Origin: an uncultured bacterium
Lineage (GTDB): Bacteria; Acidobacteriota; Thermoanaerobaculia; Multivoradales; JAHZIX01
Direction: 5' to 3'
Assembly: GCA_965368975.1 (NCBI GenBank)
Contig: CBDUPA010000011.1
Coordinates: 1 to 64,000, forward strand
Length of the DNA stretch: 64,000 nucleotides
This document shows positions 45,495 to 55,254 of this stretch, in pieces. The position numbers and the translations under genes are program-made. Positions within the stretch are counted from its first letter, which is position 1; each line of letters starts with the position of its first letter. The notes below the pieces were generated by a model. That model made no database searches and had not been told where the DNA came from. It saw nothing but the letters and a program-made list of their open reading frames with translations.

Positions 45495-47963
45495 TTGACG
45501 TCACCCGAGCAGTCCCGAAACGCCCTGGAATGGTTTGAACGCCTGGTCGAGGCGCGGACGGAGGAGCGCTCTCGCCAGCTGGTCGAGCTGCAGCGCGAAG
45601 ATCCGGACCTCGCGACCGCGGTGTCTGCTCTGCTTGCGGCCGATAGCGAGCCGGGCCTCGATGCTCCTTTCGAGCCGGCCAACGGCCTTCCAGGGGTTCT
45701 CGGTCCGAGCGCCGGAGATCGGTTGGGCCCCTACGAATTGACCCACCTTCTCGGTGAGGGCGGCATGGGGACCGTGTGGGAGGCACGGCGTGTCGAGGGC
45801 GGCTTCGAGCAGCGTGTCGCCGTCAAGTTCCTGCGCTACGTGGTAGCCGACTCGAGAGGAGAACGGCGCTTCCGCTTCGAGTGTGAGGTACTCGGAAGGC
45901 TCCAGCACCCCACGATTGCCCACATCCTCGATACCGGTCAGACGGCGGCGGGAATCCCCTACCTGGTCATGGAGCACGTCGAGGGGCTCCGTATCGACGA
46001 GTACTGCGATCAGCGGATCCTGTCGATCCGGGAGCGTGTCCGGCTCGTGGTCAAGATCTGCGCCGCCGTTGCCCACGCGCACCGCAACCTGGTGGTTCAT
46101 CGGGATCTCAAGCCCGCGAACATCCTGGTCACGGACGAGGGAGAGCCCCGACTCCTCGACTTTGGCATTGCCAAGTTGTTGGACAGCGACCGAGAGCAGG
46201 CCGCCCTGACGGTCGAGGGCCCGGGACCCATGACGCTGGAGTACGCCAGCCCGGAGCAGGTCCAGGGAATGCCGGTGACGACCGCAAGCGATGTCTACTC
46301 CTTGGGGGCCTTGCTGTATCAGCTGCTCACCGGACAGACACCGTTCGGCAACTCGGCGAACTCACCCCTGGACCTTGGACGCTCGGTCGTCGAACAGGAC
46401 GCATCTCCTCCCAGCTCAGTACTGACGCGCAGCGCCTCCCGAGACGCAGCCGATGTGCAAGCTACTCTCGAAGCCCGTGGCGCTGCGACGTCGGAGCAGC
46501 TGCGCCGCGAACTCCGCGGCGACCTCGACAACATCGCGCTCAGGGCCTTACAGCGCGAGCCGGAGCGCCGGTACCCGAGCGTCGATGCGTTTGCAGCGGA
46601 TATCCAGAACTGGTTGACCGGGTTTCCGGTCGAGGCGCGAGGGGATTCGCTGGCTTACCGCGGCGCCAAGTTCGTCCGCCGCAATTGGCTCATCTTGACG
46701 GCGGCGACTCTCGTGTTCGCGGCCCTGGCGATTGGAATGGGCGTCGCCACGTGGAAGGCCAATGAAGCCCGCAAGCAGCGCTTCCGGGCCGACGATCACG
46801 CTCAACGCACCGAGATGGTCAACGCCTTCCTGGTGGATCTATTTGCCGCCCCCGGTGGACGTTGGTGGCGAGATCTGGAGCACAGAGGACCGGAGACCCG
46901 CGTCATCGACGTGATCGACGAGGCAGCGGCTCGACTCGAGCACGAGTTGGACGGAGCACCCCTCCAGCGGGCAACCCTGCACCAGACCCTGAACGACACG
47001 TATCTCGCACTCGGGCTGCCGGACCGCGCGGAGCATCAGGTACGGCGAGCTCTGGAGATTCGACAGCGTGAACTCGGAGAGATCGCCCCGGCCGTCGCGG
47101 AGTCGACGTACTACCTGGCCGCGACGCTCAAGAGCCAGGAGCGCTACGACGAAGCACTAGAGATCTACCGGGCCGCCCTCGAGATCGAGCAGCGCTTGCC
47201 CACGCCGAGCAGGAATCTCCCCTACGCTCTGAGTGAAGCAGCCACAACCGCTGCCCGGGTCGGCCTCCATTCCGAGTTCGAGATCTTGGTCCGGGAGGCC
47301 CTGCTCCGGGTGGAAGAGTCCGAACCGCACCTCGAGGGGTACCTTCTTTCTTTGCGCGCTTGGCACCGTGCGGAACGCGGCGAGTCGAGACTTGCCGAGC
47401 AAGATTTGGTAGAAGCTCGGAGGTGGTTCGAATCAGCCAGCCCGGAGGCCGAGTCTCTGCGTAGCAATGCGCGGATTAGCTGGGCTACCGTTGCCTGGCT
47501 TGGAGATGATCCTCAAGAAGCGTTGGAGATGACGGCCGAGCCATCCTCCGGCCGCAGCTCTCGTTTGCGAGTTCAGGTTCTCTTCGACTTGGGGCGCTTC
47601 GAGGAGTCCCGGCACTGGCTCGAGGGTTTGGAGAACACTGCTGCCCAGTTCCTCGAAGGTCAGGTCCTCAGTGGTCGACTGGCCTTGGTTCTCGACGGAG
47701 ATTCGGAGCTGTGCATAGCTCGAGTCGAGCCGGCGCTGGAAGCGGAAGAGCGCTGGTCAAGAGGGCCTACTTGGTACCTGGCCGAGGCACGCTCCGCCAT
47801 GGCAGCCTGTCTACAGGCTCGGGGGCTGCCCGGAGATCGGGGCAGAGCCAATGAACTGGCGGAGTCGGCGCGAGCGATGCTCAACGTCCTGTTCGAACAG
47901 GGAACGCCTTTGCATCGGCGGATAATCCTAGAAGCGACGAATCGTTTAGAGCCAGGCTCATGA
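45495..47963 (+). CDS. membrane Ser/Thr protein kinase with C-terminal TPRs
   Basis: GEGGMG, VAVK, HRDLKPAN, DFG, YASPEQ; TM segment then TPRs. TTG 45495 after GGAGG preferred to 45444. Confidence 0.92.
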   Translation: MTSPEQSRNALEWFERLVEARTEERSRQLVELQREDPDLATAVSALLAADSEPGLDAPFEPANGLPGVLGPSAGDRLGPYELTHLLGEGGMGTVWEARRVEGGFEQRVAVKFLRYVVADSRGERRFRFECEVLGRLQHPTIAHILDTGQTAAGIPYLVMEHVEGLRIDEYCDQRILSIRERVRLVVKICAAVAHAHRNLVVHRDLKPANILVTDEGEPRLLDFGIAKLLDSDREQAALTVEGPGPMTLEYASPEQVQGMPVTTASDVYSLGALLYQLLTGQTPFGNSANSPLDLGRSVVEQDASPPSSVLTRSASRDAADVQATLEARGAATSEQLRRELRGDLDNIALRALQREPERRYPSVDAFAADIQNWLTGFPVEARGDSLAYRGAKFVRRNWLILTAATLVFAALAIGMGVATWKANEARKQRFRADDHAQRTEMVNAFLVDLFAAPGGRWWRDLEHRGPETRVIDVIDEAAARLEHELDGAPLQRATLHQTLNDTYLALGLPDRAEHQVRRALEIRQRELGEIAPAVAESTYYLAATLKSQERYDEALEIYRAALEIEQRLPTPSRNLPYALSEAATTAARVGLHSEFEILVREALLRVEESEPHLEGYLLSLRAWHRAERGESRLAEQDLVEARRWFESASPEAESLRSNARISWATVAWLGDDPQEALEMTAEPSSGRSSRLRVQVLFDLGRFEESRHWLEGLENTAAQFLEGQVLSGRLALVLDGDSELCIARVEPALEAEERWSRGPTWYLAEARSAMAACLQARGLPGDRGRANELAESARAMLNVLFEQGTPLHRRIILEATNRLEPGS

Positions 47964-48478
47964 GCACACATCCCCCCGACAACAACGTGAGTGATCGCTA
48001 CTTCGCCGAGGTCTATTCCCACCTCCGAGCCCTCGCCGGATCGTATCTCCGCCGCGAACGAGCAGGGCATACGCTGCAGCCTACGGCACTGGTCAACGAG
48101 GCGTACCTCCGGCTCCAGAATGCCTCGGCGGACGACATCCCAGATCGGGGCAAGTTCCTGGCGCTGGCCGCGCGCGCCATGCGTCAAGTCTTGATCGATA
48201 GCGCGCGCAGGCAGCAGGCGGACAAGCGGCAAGGGCAAGCGGTGACGCTCGAAGAGGGCCTACTCGGAACAGCGCCGCAGACGCTGGACCTGCTCGCTCT
48301 GGACAGGGCTCTTGAAGAGCTGTCTGCTCTCGACGAGCAACGAGCCCGAATCGTCGAGCTTCGCTTCTTCGCTGGGTTGTCCTGCGAGGAGACGGCTGAA
48401 GTGCTGGGTATCAGTGCGCGTACCGTGGTCCGGCAGTGGCGGTCGTCGCGTGCGTTCCTGCTGCACCGGCTGGGCTGA
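47960..48478 (+). CDS. ECF sigma factor, TIGR02999/ECF43 type
   Basis: HTLQPTALVNEAYLRL, ARAMRQVLID, VELRFFAGL; ATGA-coupled to the kinase. Confidence 0.92.
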   Translation: MSTHPPDNNVSDRYFAEVYSHLRALAGSYLRRERAGHTLQPTALVNEAYLRLQNASADDIPDRGKFLALAARAMRQVLIDSARRQQADKRQGQAVTLEEGLLGTAPQTLDLLALDRALEELSALDEQRARIVELRFFAGLSCEETAEVLGISARTVVRQWRSSRAFLLHRLG

Positions 48479-48503
48479 GGTTGCCTGCGCATGCGGCCAC
48501 GGC

Positions 48504-48694
48504 TCAACTCAACAACACTTCCAAATCCTCCCGCGTCAACTCCTGCAACGGCCCACTATCCGTCCGAAAAATCGCATCCGCCAGATCCCGCTTTTGCTGC
48601 TGCAACTCGATGATCTTCTCTTCCGCCGTTCCCTTGCAAATCAGGCGATGCGCAAAGACATGATGCGTCTGCCCGATCCGATGCGCACGATCGA
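48504..48694 (-). pseudogene. duplicated 3' end of the SNF2 helicase gene (direct repeat of 57800-57990)
   Basis: 191-bp ungapped alignment with about 18 mismatches by hand count; encodes DRAHRIGQT...LEVLLS*. Confidence 0.92.
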
Positions 48695-48733
48695 CCACGT
48701 TGCCCGAATCACCCTAGTGAATGCTTTCTGGGT

Positions 48734-48881
48734 TGTTTGATTTTCGAACACGCTGTCTGGAAATCCAACACTTGTTGCTGCCGCGTTCATTCCCGAGTTG
48801 CCGCGAGCGTCTGTAACTTACTGAAAATAAGTTCTTTTTCCGCGGCGTAACGCTGCTTCCATGCCTGGCACGGACTTGGCA
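48734..48881 (+). promoter_or_regulatory. sigma-54 promoter with tandem upstream activator sites and an AT-rich IHF-like site
   Basis: TGGCACGGACTTGGCA (48866-48881, GG-N10-GC); 17-bp dyads at 48734 and 48754; AACTTA-N7-TAAGTT at 48815. Confidence 0.7.
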
Positions 48882-48990
48882 ATAGGAGCAAGAGAAGTTC
48901 GAAAGAACCTTGCCCGCAGTTCTGGGTTTCTCAGCTCTGGACGGCAAATGGCACAACTCTCACAACGGTTTCCCAAACGAGGAGTACGAA

Positions 48991-49899
48991 ATGCAGAAGT
49001 CGATCCGCTTGCTTTGCCTGGCCGCTCTCGCGGCGTTCACCACTCTTACTCTGGCTCCGGCTGTTTCGGCAGACGTCTACGATGAAATGAAACTGGAAGC
49101 TGCTGCACTGCGGGTGGAGCTCATGGCGGACGCTACCGAATCCCTCCCGGGCAATGACGAGTGCGCGAATCCGTTCGGTGATCTCGCTGTCGGCACCGTC
49201 ACCTCCGGTTCGAGTACCGGTGCGACTCTAGATGCACCTCCCGCGCCGGATTTCTGTGGCACCTCTATCAACGGACCCGGGGTCTGGTACACGGTGACTG
49301 GCACCGGCAACACGATGTCGGCTTCGACCTGCCTTGGTGGTGGTAACGCCGGCTTCGATTCCAAGATCAGTGTTTTCTGTGACGACTGTGAAGACTTGAA
49401 GTGTGTCGCTGGCAACGATGATGACAGTGCTTGTGGCTTTGCTTTCACCTCGACCGCCTCCTGGACCTCGCAGCCGGGGGCCAAGTACCGGATCCTGGTG
49501 CATGGTTTTGCCGGCAGTCAGGGCGACTTCGATCTGGCGATTCTCGACGACGGCGTGCCGGCGACGGCGGATGTGGAATGTCCGCCCGGCGACAGCGATG
49601 GTGACGGTGTGGCGGATCCGGTCGACTTCTGCCCCGACACCGTGATTCCGGAGTCGGTGCCGACCTCTCGGCTGGGCGTCAACCGCTTTGCGCTGGTCGA
49701 CGACAACGGTATCTTCGACACCACGTCGCCACAGGGCAGGGGCCCCCGTCTGACTTTCAGCATCGAGGACACCGCAGGTTGCTCTTGCGAGCAGATCATC
49801 GCTGAGTTGGGACTCGGCAAGGGGCACGAGAAGTTCGGCTGCAGCATCAGTGCGATGGAAGACTGGGTAGAGGTGGTTGCACCTCTGACTAGTCCGTAG
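48991..49899 (+). CDS. secreted Cys-rich protein (PPC-like beta domain, thrombospondin-3-like repeat, unknown C-terminal module)
   Basis: GAGGAG RBS, signal peptide MQKSIRLLCL...VSA, GNDECANP...GVWY...NDDD, DSDGDGVADPVDFCP. Confidence 0.75.
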   Translation: MQKSIRLLCLAALAAFTTLTLAPAVSADVYDEMKLEAAALRVELMADATESLPGNDECANPFGDLAVGTVTSGSSTGATLDAPPAPDFCGTSINGPGVWYTVTGTGNTMSASTCLGGGNAGFDSKISVFCDDCEDLKCVAGNDDDSACGFAFTSTASWTSQPGAKYRILVHGFAGSQGDFDLAILDDGVPATADVECPPGDSDGDGVADPVDFCPDTVIPESVPTSRLGVNRFALVDDNGIFDTTSPQGRGPRLTFSIEDTAGCSCEQIIAELGLGKGHEKFGCSISAMEDWVEVVAPLTSP

Positions 49900-50002
49900 G
49901 TTCTCGCCGGACGACGATGCCGTGGGCACGGCTCGTCCAGTGAGACACAACCACCGGGGTCGCCGCTACGTCTGGCGACCCCGGTTCTTGAGATGTGGCA
50001 AC

Positions 50003-51775
50003 ATGACACTTGCGATGATGCAAAGAACACGCGTATTTCGAACTCTGGTCAACATTGTGGCGTTGGCGCTGAGCGCTGGTTGCAGTGACGAAGGATCGGT
50101 GTCGCCACCTGGCGAAAGCCCCGAAAAGGTCGCCAACCTCACGGGGGTACCTCAGTGGTTTACGGACATTACCCGTGAAACCGGGCTCGACTTTGTGCAC
50201 GAATCAAGTCCCTTGGATGAGTTTCATACCCCGGCTGTGATGGCCGGTGGTGCTGCCTTCTTCGATTTCGACAACGACGGTGATTTGGATATCTACTTCA
50301 CCAACGGCAACCATATTCTGCCTGCAGCGAGGACCGAGGACGGACCGCGCAACCATCTCTACCGGAACGATGCGGGCCGCTTTGTGGACGTCACCGAAGT
50401 GTCCGGCCTTGGCGATGCCGGCTATGGCATGGGCGTGGCGACGGGTGACATCGACAACGATGGTGACGTGGATGTCTACGTCACCAACTACGGCCGGGAT
50501 CGCCTCTTCCGTAATGAGGGCGACGGGACGTTCAGCGATATCACCGAGGTTGCTGGATTGACTGTGGAGGGCTGGTCGAGCTCGGCCGCCTTCTTCGACT
50601 TCGACCGTGACGGTTTCCTGGACCTCTACGTGACGCGCTACGTCGACTATCGTGCGAGCATGACATGCGTCGGCCAAGATGGTGCGCCGGACTTCTGTGG
50701 TCCCCTGTCCTTTCAACCCGTTCACGACATCCTGCTGCACAACCAGGGTGCTGGCAAGAACGGCGAATCGGTCGCATTCACCGATGTCAGCGAACAAGCT
50801 GGCATCACGTCTGTTGCCGCCGCTGGTCTCGGCGTTGCTTGCCTCGACCTCGACGGTGACGGTTGGCAGGATGTGTACGTCGCCAACGATGCGTATCCGA
50901 ACCAGTTGTGGATCAACCAGGGTGACGCCACTTTCCGAGATGACTCGCTAGTCTTGGGAGCCGCCTACAATCTTCATGGCCAGGCGCAGGCAGGGATGGG
51001 AGTTCTCGCCGAGGACTTCGATGGAAGCGGTACCTTCGACCTCTTCCTGACCCACCTGATGAACGAGGCCAACACCCTATACGGCAATCTCGGTGGCATG
51101 TCTGGCTTCCAGGATGTGAGTGGTAGCAGCGGTCTCGGTCCCTCGAGCATGCCGTATACCGGCTTCGGTGTTGCTGCATTCGACGCCGAGCTCGACGGCG
51201 ATCTCGACCTTTTCATCGCCAACGGCAGGGTCAACATCGCCGGCCCGGTTCCAGGGTCGAGCTACCCGCCGCCCTGGGATACCCTGCCCGAATCGAATCT
51301 TCTTTACCTGAACGATGGCCGCGCCAGCTTCACTCGGCTTGTTGAACCGGCTCAATCCCTCAGCTCGTCGCGTGAGATCAGCCGTGCCGTTGCCAGCGGA
51401 GACATTGATGGCGACGGAGACGTCGACCTGCTAGTCGCGAATCTGCTGGACGGAGCCCGGCTGTACCGGAACGACGCTCCGCACCAGGGGCATTGGCTGT
51501 CCATCCGGGCCGTTGACCCTCGGCTGCGCCGTGACGCGTTGGGGGCGCGGGTGACTTTGGTGCTGGGAGAGTTGCGCGTGGTACGCCATGTCTCGCGATC
51601 TTTCGGCTATCTCGCGAGTCATTCGCCATGGGTTCATTTTGGTTTGGGCGAGGTCGCGGAGTTCGATCACATCGAAGTACGGTGGCCGGACGGCAGCCAA
51701 GAGGTCTTTCCCGGAGGTGCAGCTGATCGCAAGATCTTGCTGCGGCGAGGTGAGGGAGAAGCCGCGAATGGGTAA
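50003..51775 (+). CDS. CRTAC1-family FG-GAP/ASPIC-UnbV lipoprotein (second copy)
   Basis: LSAGC lipobox, DFDNDGDLD repeats, HFGLG...EVRWPDG. Confidence 0.9.
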   Translation: MTLAMMQRTRVFRTLVNIVALALSAGCSDEGSVSPPGESPEKVANLTGVPQWFTDITRETGLDFVHESSPLDEFHTPAVMAGGAAFFDFDNDGDLDIYFTNGNHILPAARTEDGPRNHLYRNDAGRFVDVTEVSGLGDAGYGMGVATGDIDNDGDVDVYVTNYGRDRLFRNEGDGTFSDITEVAGLTVEGWSSSAAFFDFDRDGFLDLYVTRYVDYRASMTCVGQDGAPDFCGPLSFQPVHDILLHNQGAGKNGESVAFTDVSEQAGITSVAAAGLGVACLDLDGDGWQDVYVANDAYPNQLWINQGDATFRDDSLVLGAAYNLHGQAQAGMGVLAEDFDGSGTFDLFLTHLMNEANTLYGNLGGMSGFQDVSGSSGLGPSSMPYTGFGVAAFDAELDGDLDLFIANGRVNIAGPVPGSSYPPPWDTLPESNLLYLNDGRASFTRLVEPAQSLSSSREISRAVASGDIDGDGDVDLLVANLLDGARLYRNDAPHQGHWLSIRAVDPRLRRDALGARVTLVLGELRVVRHVSRSFGYLASHSPWVHFGLGEVAEFDHIEVRWPDGSQEVFPGGAADRKILLRRGEGEAANG

Positions 51776-53072
51776 GGCCAGCTCACGCAAGCGAGATCGT
51801 GAGACCCGCAGCAAGGATCTCAACCCTTCGCCTCCACAAGTGGCCCGCCTGCGCCGCACATCGATGGTCCTGGGAATCGGTGCGGTGATCGTGCTTGTTG
51901 CGGTGTTGTCGCTCTGGTTCCTGCAGCGTGGGACCGTAGAGCCTTCGATTCTGCTGCCCGACCCGGATACGTCCAACATGACGGCGCCGGTCCAGCGGGC
52001 GATCCACGATGCTCGGGAAGCGGCGCTGAGTCAGCCGGAGTCCGCCGATGCGCTGGGGCGGTTGGCCCAGATATTCCATGCCCATTGGCTCTACGACGAG
52101 GCCGCCGCCTGTTATGAACGCGCTCGCGAGCTTGCACCGCGGGACGTTCGCTGGGTCTACCTACTCGCTGGTGTCGAAGAGATCCGGGGTGCCGACGGTG
52201 AGCAGGTCCGGCCGTTGTTTCGCACCGCGATTCGCTTGGCTCCGCGTTACCCACCGGTCTACGTGCGCTACGGTGACGCCTTGATGCGGCTCGGCCAGTG
52301 GGACGAGGCAAGGAAGGTATATGCACAGGCGGTCGAGCGTGATTCCGAACTGGCCTTAGCTCACCGGGGACTCGGTCAGGCTGCTCTCCAACTGGTAGAT
52401 GGGCCGGGCGCTGTCGAAGCGCTCGAGCGAGCCGCTGTGCTGGAGCCGGAAGACCGAATCGTGCATGCGGCACTGGCCCGAGCCTATGCTCTGGCTGGCC
52501 GTCGAGAGCAGGCGCAAGATGCGGCCCGCAAGGCCGAGGCATCGGACGAAGAAGCGCAGCTGCCCGACCCGATCTTCTTCGACATGGAGAGCCTTGCGGT
52601 CGATCCGCGCAGTCTGCGTGATCGGGCTGCTCGAGCTATGCAAGGAGGTGACTACCCGCAGGCAATTGAAGCTCTTACGCTCCTCGCCGAGAGTGCCGGT
52701 GCATCTGCCGACGAGCAGCTGGGTGTTGCGCACAAGCTATTGGCCAATCAATATGCCTTCCAGGGCGACTTCGAGTCGGCGCTTCTGGAGTTCGAGCGCG
52801 CTGCCCGCCTGGCACCGCGGGATCCTGAGATCGAGCACAATTGGGGAACGGTACTCTTGCGCCAGGGCGATTCGCCACGAGCCGAGCCTCACTTTCGTAA
52901 AGCGATCGAACTCAACCCGGCATCCGCGGACAGTCTCTACAATCTGGGGGTGACACTCGAGAATCAGAACCGTACCGAGGAAGCTGTCGAGGTGTTTGCC
53001 AGGGCTGCGGCGATCCAACCTCAACACGTGGCCGCACAGCGGCTCGCAGAACTAGAATCTGCTGCTCACTGA
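51768..53072 (+). CDS. membrane-anchored TPR protein (second copy)
   Basis: N-terminal TM then TPRs; starts inside the last codons of the CRTAC1 gene. Confidence 0.85.
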   Translation: MGKASSRKRDRETRSKDLNPSPPQVARLRRTSMVLGIGAVIVLVAVLSLWFLQRGTVEPSILLPDPDTSNMTAPVQRAIHDAREAALSQPESADALGRLAQIFHAHWLYDEAAACYERARELAPRDVRWVYLLAGVEEIRGADGEQVRPLFRTAIRLAPRYPPVYVRYGDALMRLGQWDEARKVYAQAVERDSELALAHRGLGQAALQLVDGPGAVEALERAAVLEPEDRIVHAALARAYALAGRREQAQDAARKAEASDEEAQLPDPIFFDMESLAVDPRSLRDRAARAMQGGDYPQAIEALTLLAESAGASADEQLGVAHKLLANQYAFQGDFESALLEFERAARLAPRDPEIEHNWGTVLLRQGDSPRAEPHFRKAIELNPASADSLYNLGVTLENQNRTEEAVEVFARAAAIQPQHVAAQRLAELESAAH

Positions 53073-54478
53073 GGAGGTCGTTTGATGCCGTACTTCTTGA
53101 TCTTCTCGTAGAGCGTGCTGCGCTGAATTCCGAGGTCCTTGGCTGCCGAGGTCACGGCTCCTTCATGCCGCCATAGGACCCGCTCGATATGCAGGGCTTC
53201 GAGTTCTTCGAGGCTCAGGTCGAGTTGTCCGGAGGCCTCTCCGAAGACACTCTCGAACGAGAAGTCACTCTGCTCGATGATCATGCTGTCACCCAAGAGC
53301 ATGGCATGTTCTAGGACATTGCGCAGCTCGCGGATGTTGCCGGGCCAACGATAGTTGATCAGTGCGTCGATCGCGCCTTGCGAGAGCCTCGTCCTGGAGC
53401 GGCCGAGTTCACGGGCAAGCTGCTCGAAGATGTACGCGGCCAGAATCGGAATGTCTTCCGCGCGGTGCCGGAGCGCGGGAAGCTCGAGTTTGAAGGTGCT
53501 GAGCCGGAAGTAGAGATCCGAGCGAAAAGTGCCACTCTTGACCATCTTGGCCAGCTTCTGGTGGGTGGCTGCGAGCAGGTGCACATTCACGCGGCGTTCG
53601 GTGACATCTCCCAAGCGCCTGAAGGTTTGCTCTTCGAGGGTCTTGAGCAACTTGGCCTGGATACCAAGGTCCATGTCGCCGATCTCGTCGAGGAAGAGGG
53701 TGCCATGATCAGCTACTTCCAGCAGGCCTTTCTTCTCGCTGCTAGCTCCGGTGAAAGCTCCTCTCGCGTGACCGAACAGCTCATTTTCCAGCAGCTCACT
53801 CTTGAGTCCGGCGCAGTTGAGCTGGACAAAGGCCTCGTCGCGCCGGGGACCATGATCGTGTAGCCAGCGAGCCATCAGCCCTTTACCGGTGCCAGTCTCA
53901 CCCAGAAGCAGCACTGGGCGGTGGGTGCTGGTGATCTTTCTGGCCAGGATCTCCAGTTTCTGGATACTCTGGCTCTGGCCGCGAAAGGGGTCGGGCTGGT
54001 GCTGATTGCGATTGGCGTCATAGCCAGCGTTACGGCGGCGTGCTTGTACCTCGGCCAGACAACGCTCGAGTGCTGCAACCAGGGTGGTAGGAGCTATCGG
54101 CTTGGTCAGGAAGTGGTCGGCTCCCTGTTGCATCGCTTCGATGGCGAGCCCGACAGCATCAGGTTCCGTCAGGACGATCACGGATATCTGACGGCCAACA
54201 TTGCGAAACATCGCGAGGATATCGAGTACCGTGCCGTCTTCGAGTCGGGAGGACAGGAGGGCTGCGTGAAGAGGTTGGTCGGCGATGATCCTTTCAACCT
54301 GGGCGCAGTTCCTCGCCTCAATCACACGAATTTCCTTGCGATTCAGGCTCTCGCGGACTAATGCTCGGAGCGTTGGGTCGTGATCGACAAGGAGGAGAAG
54401 GGGTTTGTCGCTTTGGAGTTCCGTAATCGAGTTGCGGAAGGCATCAGAATGGGTCTCTTCAGAAGGCTCTGAGAGCAT
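53066..54478 (-). CDS. sigma-54-dependent enhancer-binding protein (REC-AAA+-HTH) with atypical receiver
   Basis: GETGTGK, GAFTGA, LFLDEIG, WPGNIREL, Fis-type HTH; receiver reads VDHD and LLSSRL. Confidence 0.93.
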   Translation of the reverse strand: MLSEPSEETHSDAFRNSITELQSDKPLLLLVDHDPTLRALVRESLNRKEIRVIEARNCAQVERIIADQPLHAALLSSRLEDGTVLDILAMFRNVGRQISVIVLTEPDAVGLAIEAMQQGADHFLTKPIAPTTLVAALERCLAEVQARRRNAGYDANRNQHQPDPFRGQSQSIQKLEILARKITSTHRPVLLLGETGTGKGLMARWLHDHGPRRDEAFVQLNCAGLKSELLENELFGHARGAFTGASSEKKGLLEVADHGTLFLDEIGDMDLGIQAKLLKTLEEQTFRRLGDVTERRVNVHLLAATHQKLAKMVKSGTFRSDLYFRLSTFKLELPALRHRAEDIPILAAYIFEQLARELGRSRTRLSQGAIDALINYRWPGNIRELRNVLEHAMLLGDSMIIEQSDFSFESVFGEASGQLDLSLEELEALHIERVLWRHEGAVTSAAKDLGIQRSTLYEKIKKYGIKRPPQ

Positions 54479-54734
54479 GGCAGAACTCCCCTTAGGAAAG
54501 AATTCGAAATCACACCAGCAGCTTTAGGGAATCGGAGTCCAACAAGATAACCCATCAACAAGAAAACACTATACCACACAGAACTCCCGATGCGGCGGGC
54601 AGTCCGAAGCGGTTCAAGCCACCGTCGAACCCTGGTGGTAGAGATGGACTCGGTTGGTCAAGTGGAGTCAAGACACTGCAACCTCCGGCACCGAGTGGTG
54701 AGAGCCGTGGTTCATCAGGTTGTGAAGGTACGTC

Positions 54735-54774
54735 TTGACATTAAGGCCTATGGTGCTACAGTCTTGTATAGCAC
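54735..54774 (+). promoter_or_regulatory. sigma-70 promoter overlapped by a YtrA-type operator
   Basis: TTGACA (54735) ... TGcTACAGT; palindrome GTGCTA-N10-TAGCAC at 54753-54774. Confidence 0.8.
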
Positions 54775-54816
54775 TGAGTCTGAGCAGGAAGATAAGCGTA
54801 GGCTAGAGGAAAACCC

Positions 54817-55254
54817 ATGCAGTTCCACATCAACCCCGGTGCCGAACTCCCGATCTACCGCCAGATAATGCGCCAGGTCGGTGACGCCATCGCGGGTGGC
54901 CGCTTGGTTGCGGGTGACCAGATGCCGTCGCAGCGGGAGTTGGCGCAACGACTGGTGATCGCACCCTTGACGGTTAAAAAGGCCTACGACGAGTTGGAAC
55001 ACCAGGGATTGATCGAAACACGCCGTGGCCGTGGCACCTTTGTACGTGCTGCCCCCAGTGCCGCCGACCTGGAAGCTCAGCGCCGGCGTTTACAAAGCAG
55101 CGTGCGGCGGCTCTTGACTGAGGCCTATCTGGGCAACGTGCCGTTGGAAGAAGTCCTCGCTTTGCTTCACCAAACGGACGCCGAGTTGCGTGCTGAACGA
55201 GCTCGCCGCAGCGGAGCGAAAGCGCCAACTCTGGAACAGGAGGTGTCTTCATGA
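54817..55254 (+). CDS. GntR family regulator (YtrA subfamily)
   Basis: PIYRQI...MPSQRELA...TVKKAYDELEHQGLIETRRGRGTFV; short C-terminal domain; ABC genes follow. Confidence 0.93.
   Translation: MQFHINPGAELPIYRQIMRQVGDAIAGGRLVAGDQMPSQRELAQRLVIAPLTVKKAYDELEHQGLIETRRGRGTFVRAAPSAADLEAQRRRLQSSVRRLLTEAYLGNVPLEEVLALLHQTDAELRAERARRSGAKAPTLEQEVSS

Noticed and set aside
48504-48698. 64-aa ORF as an independent small gene
   Set aside because: It is the duplicated tail of the SNF2 gene, with no RBS or credible start.
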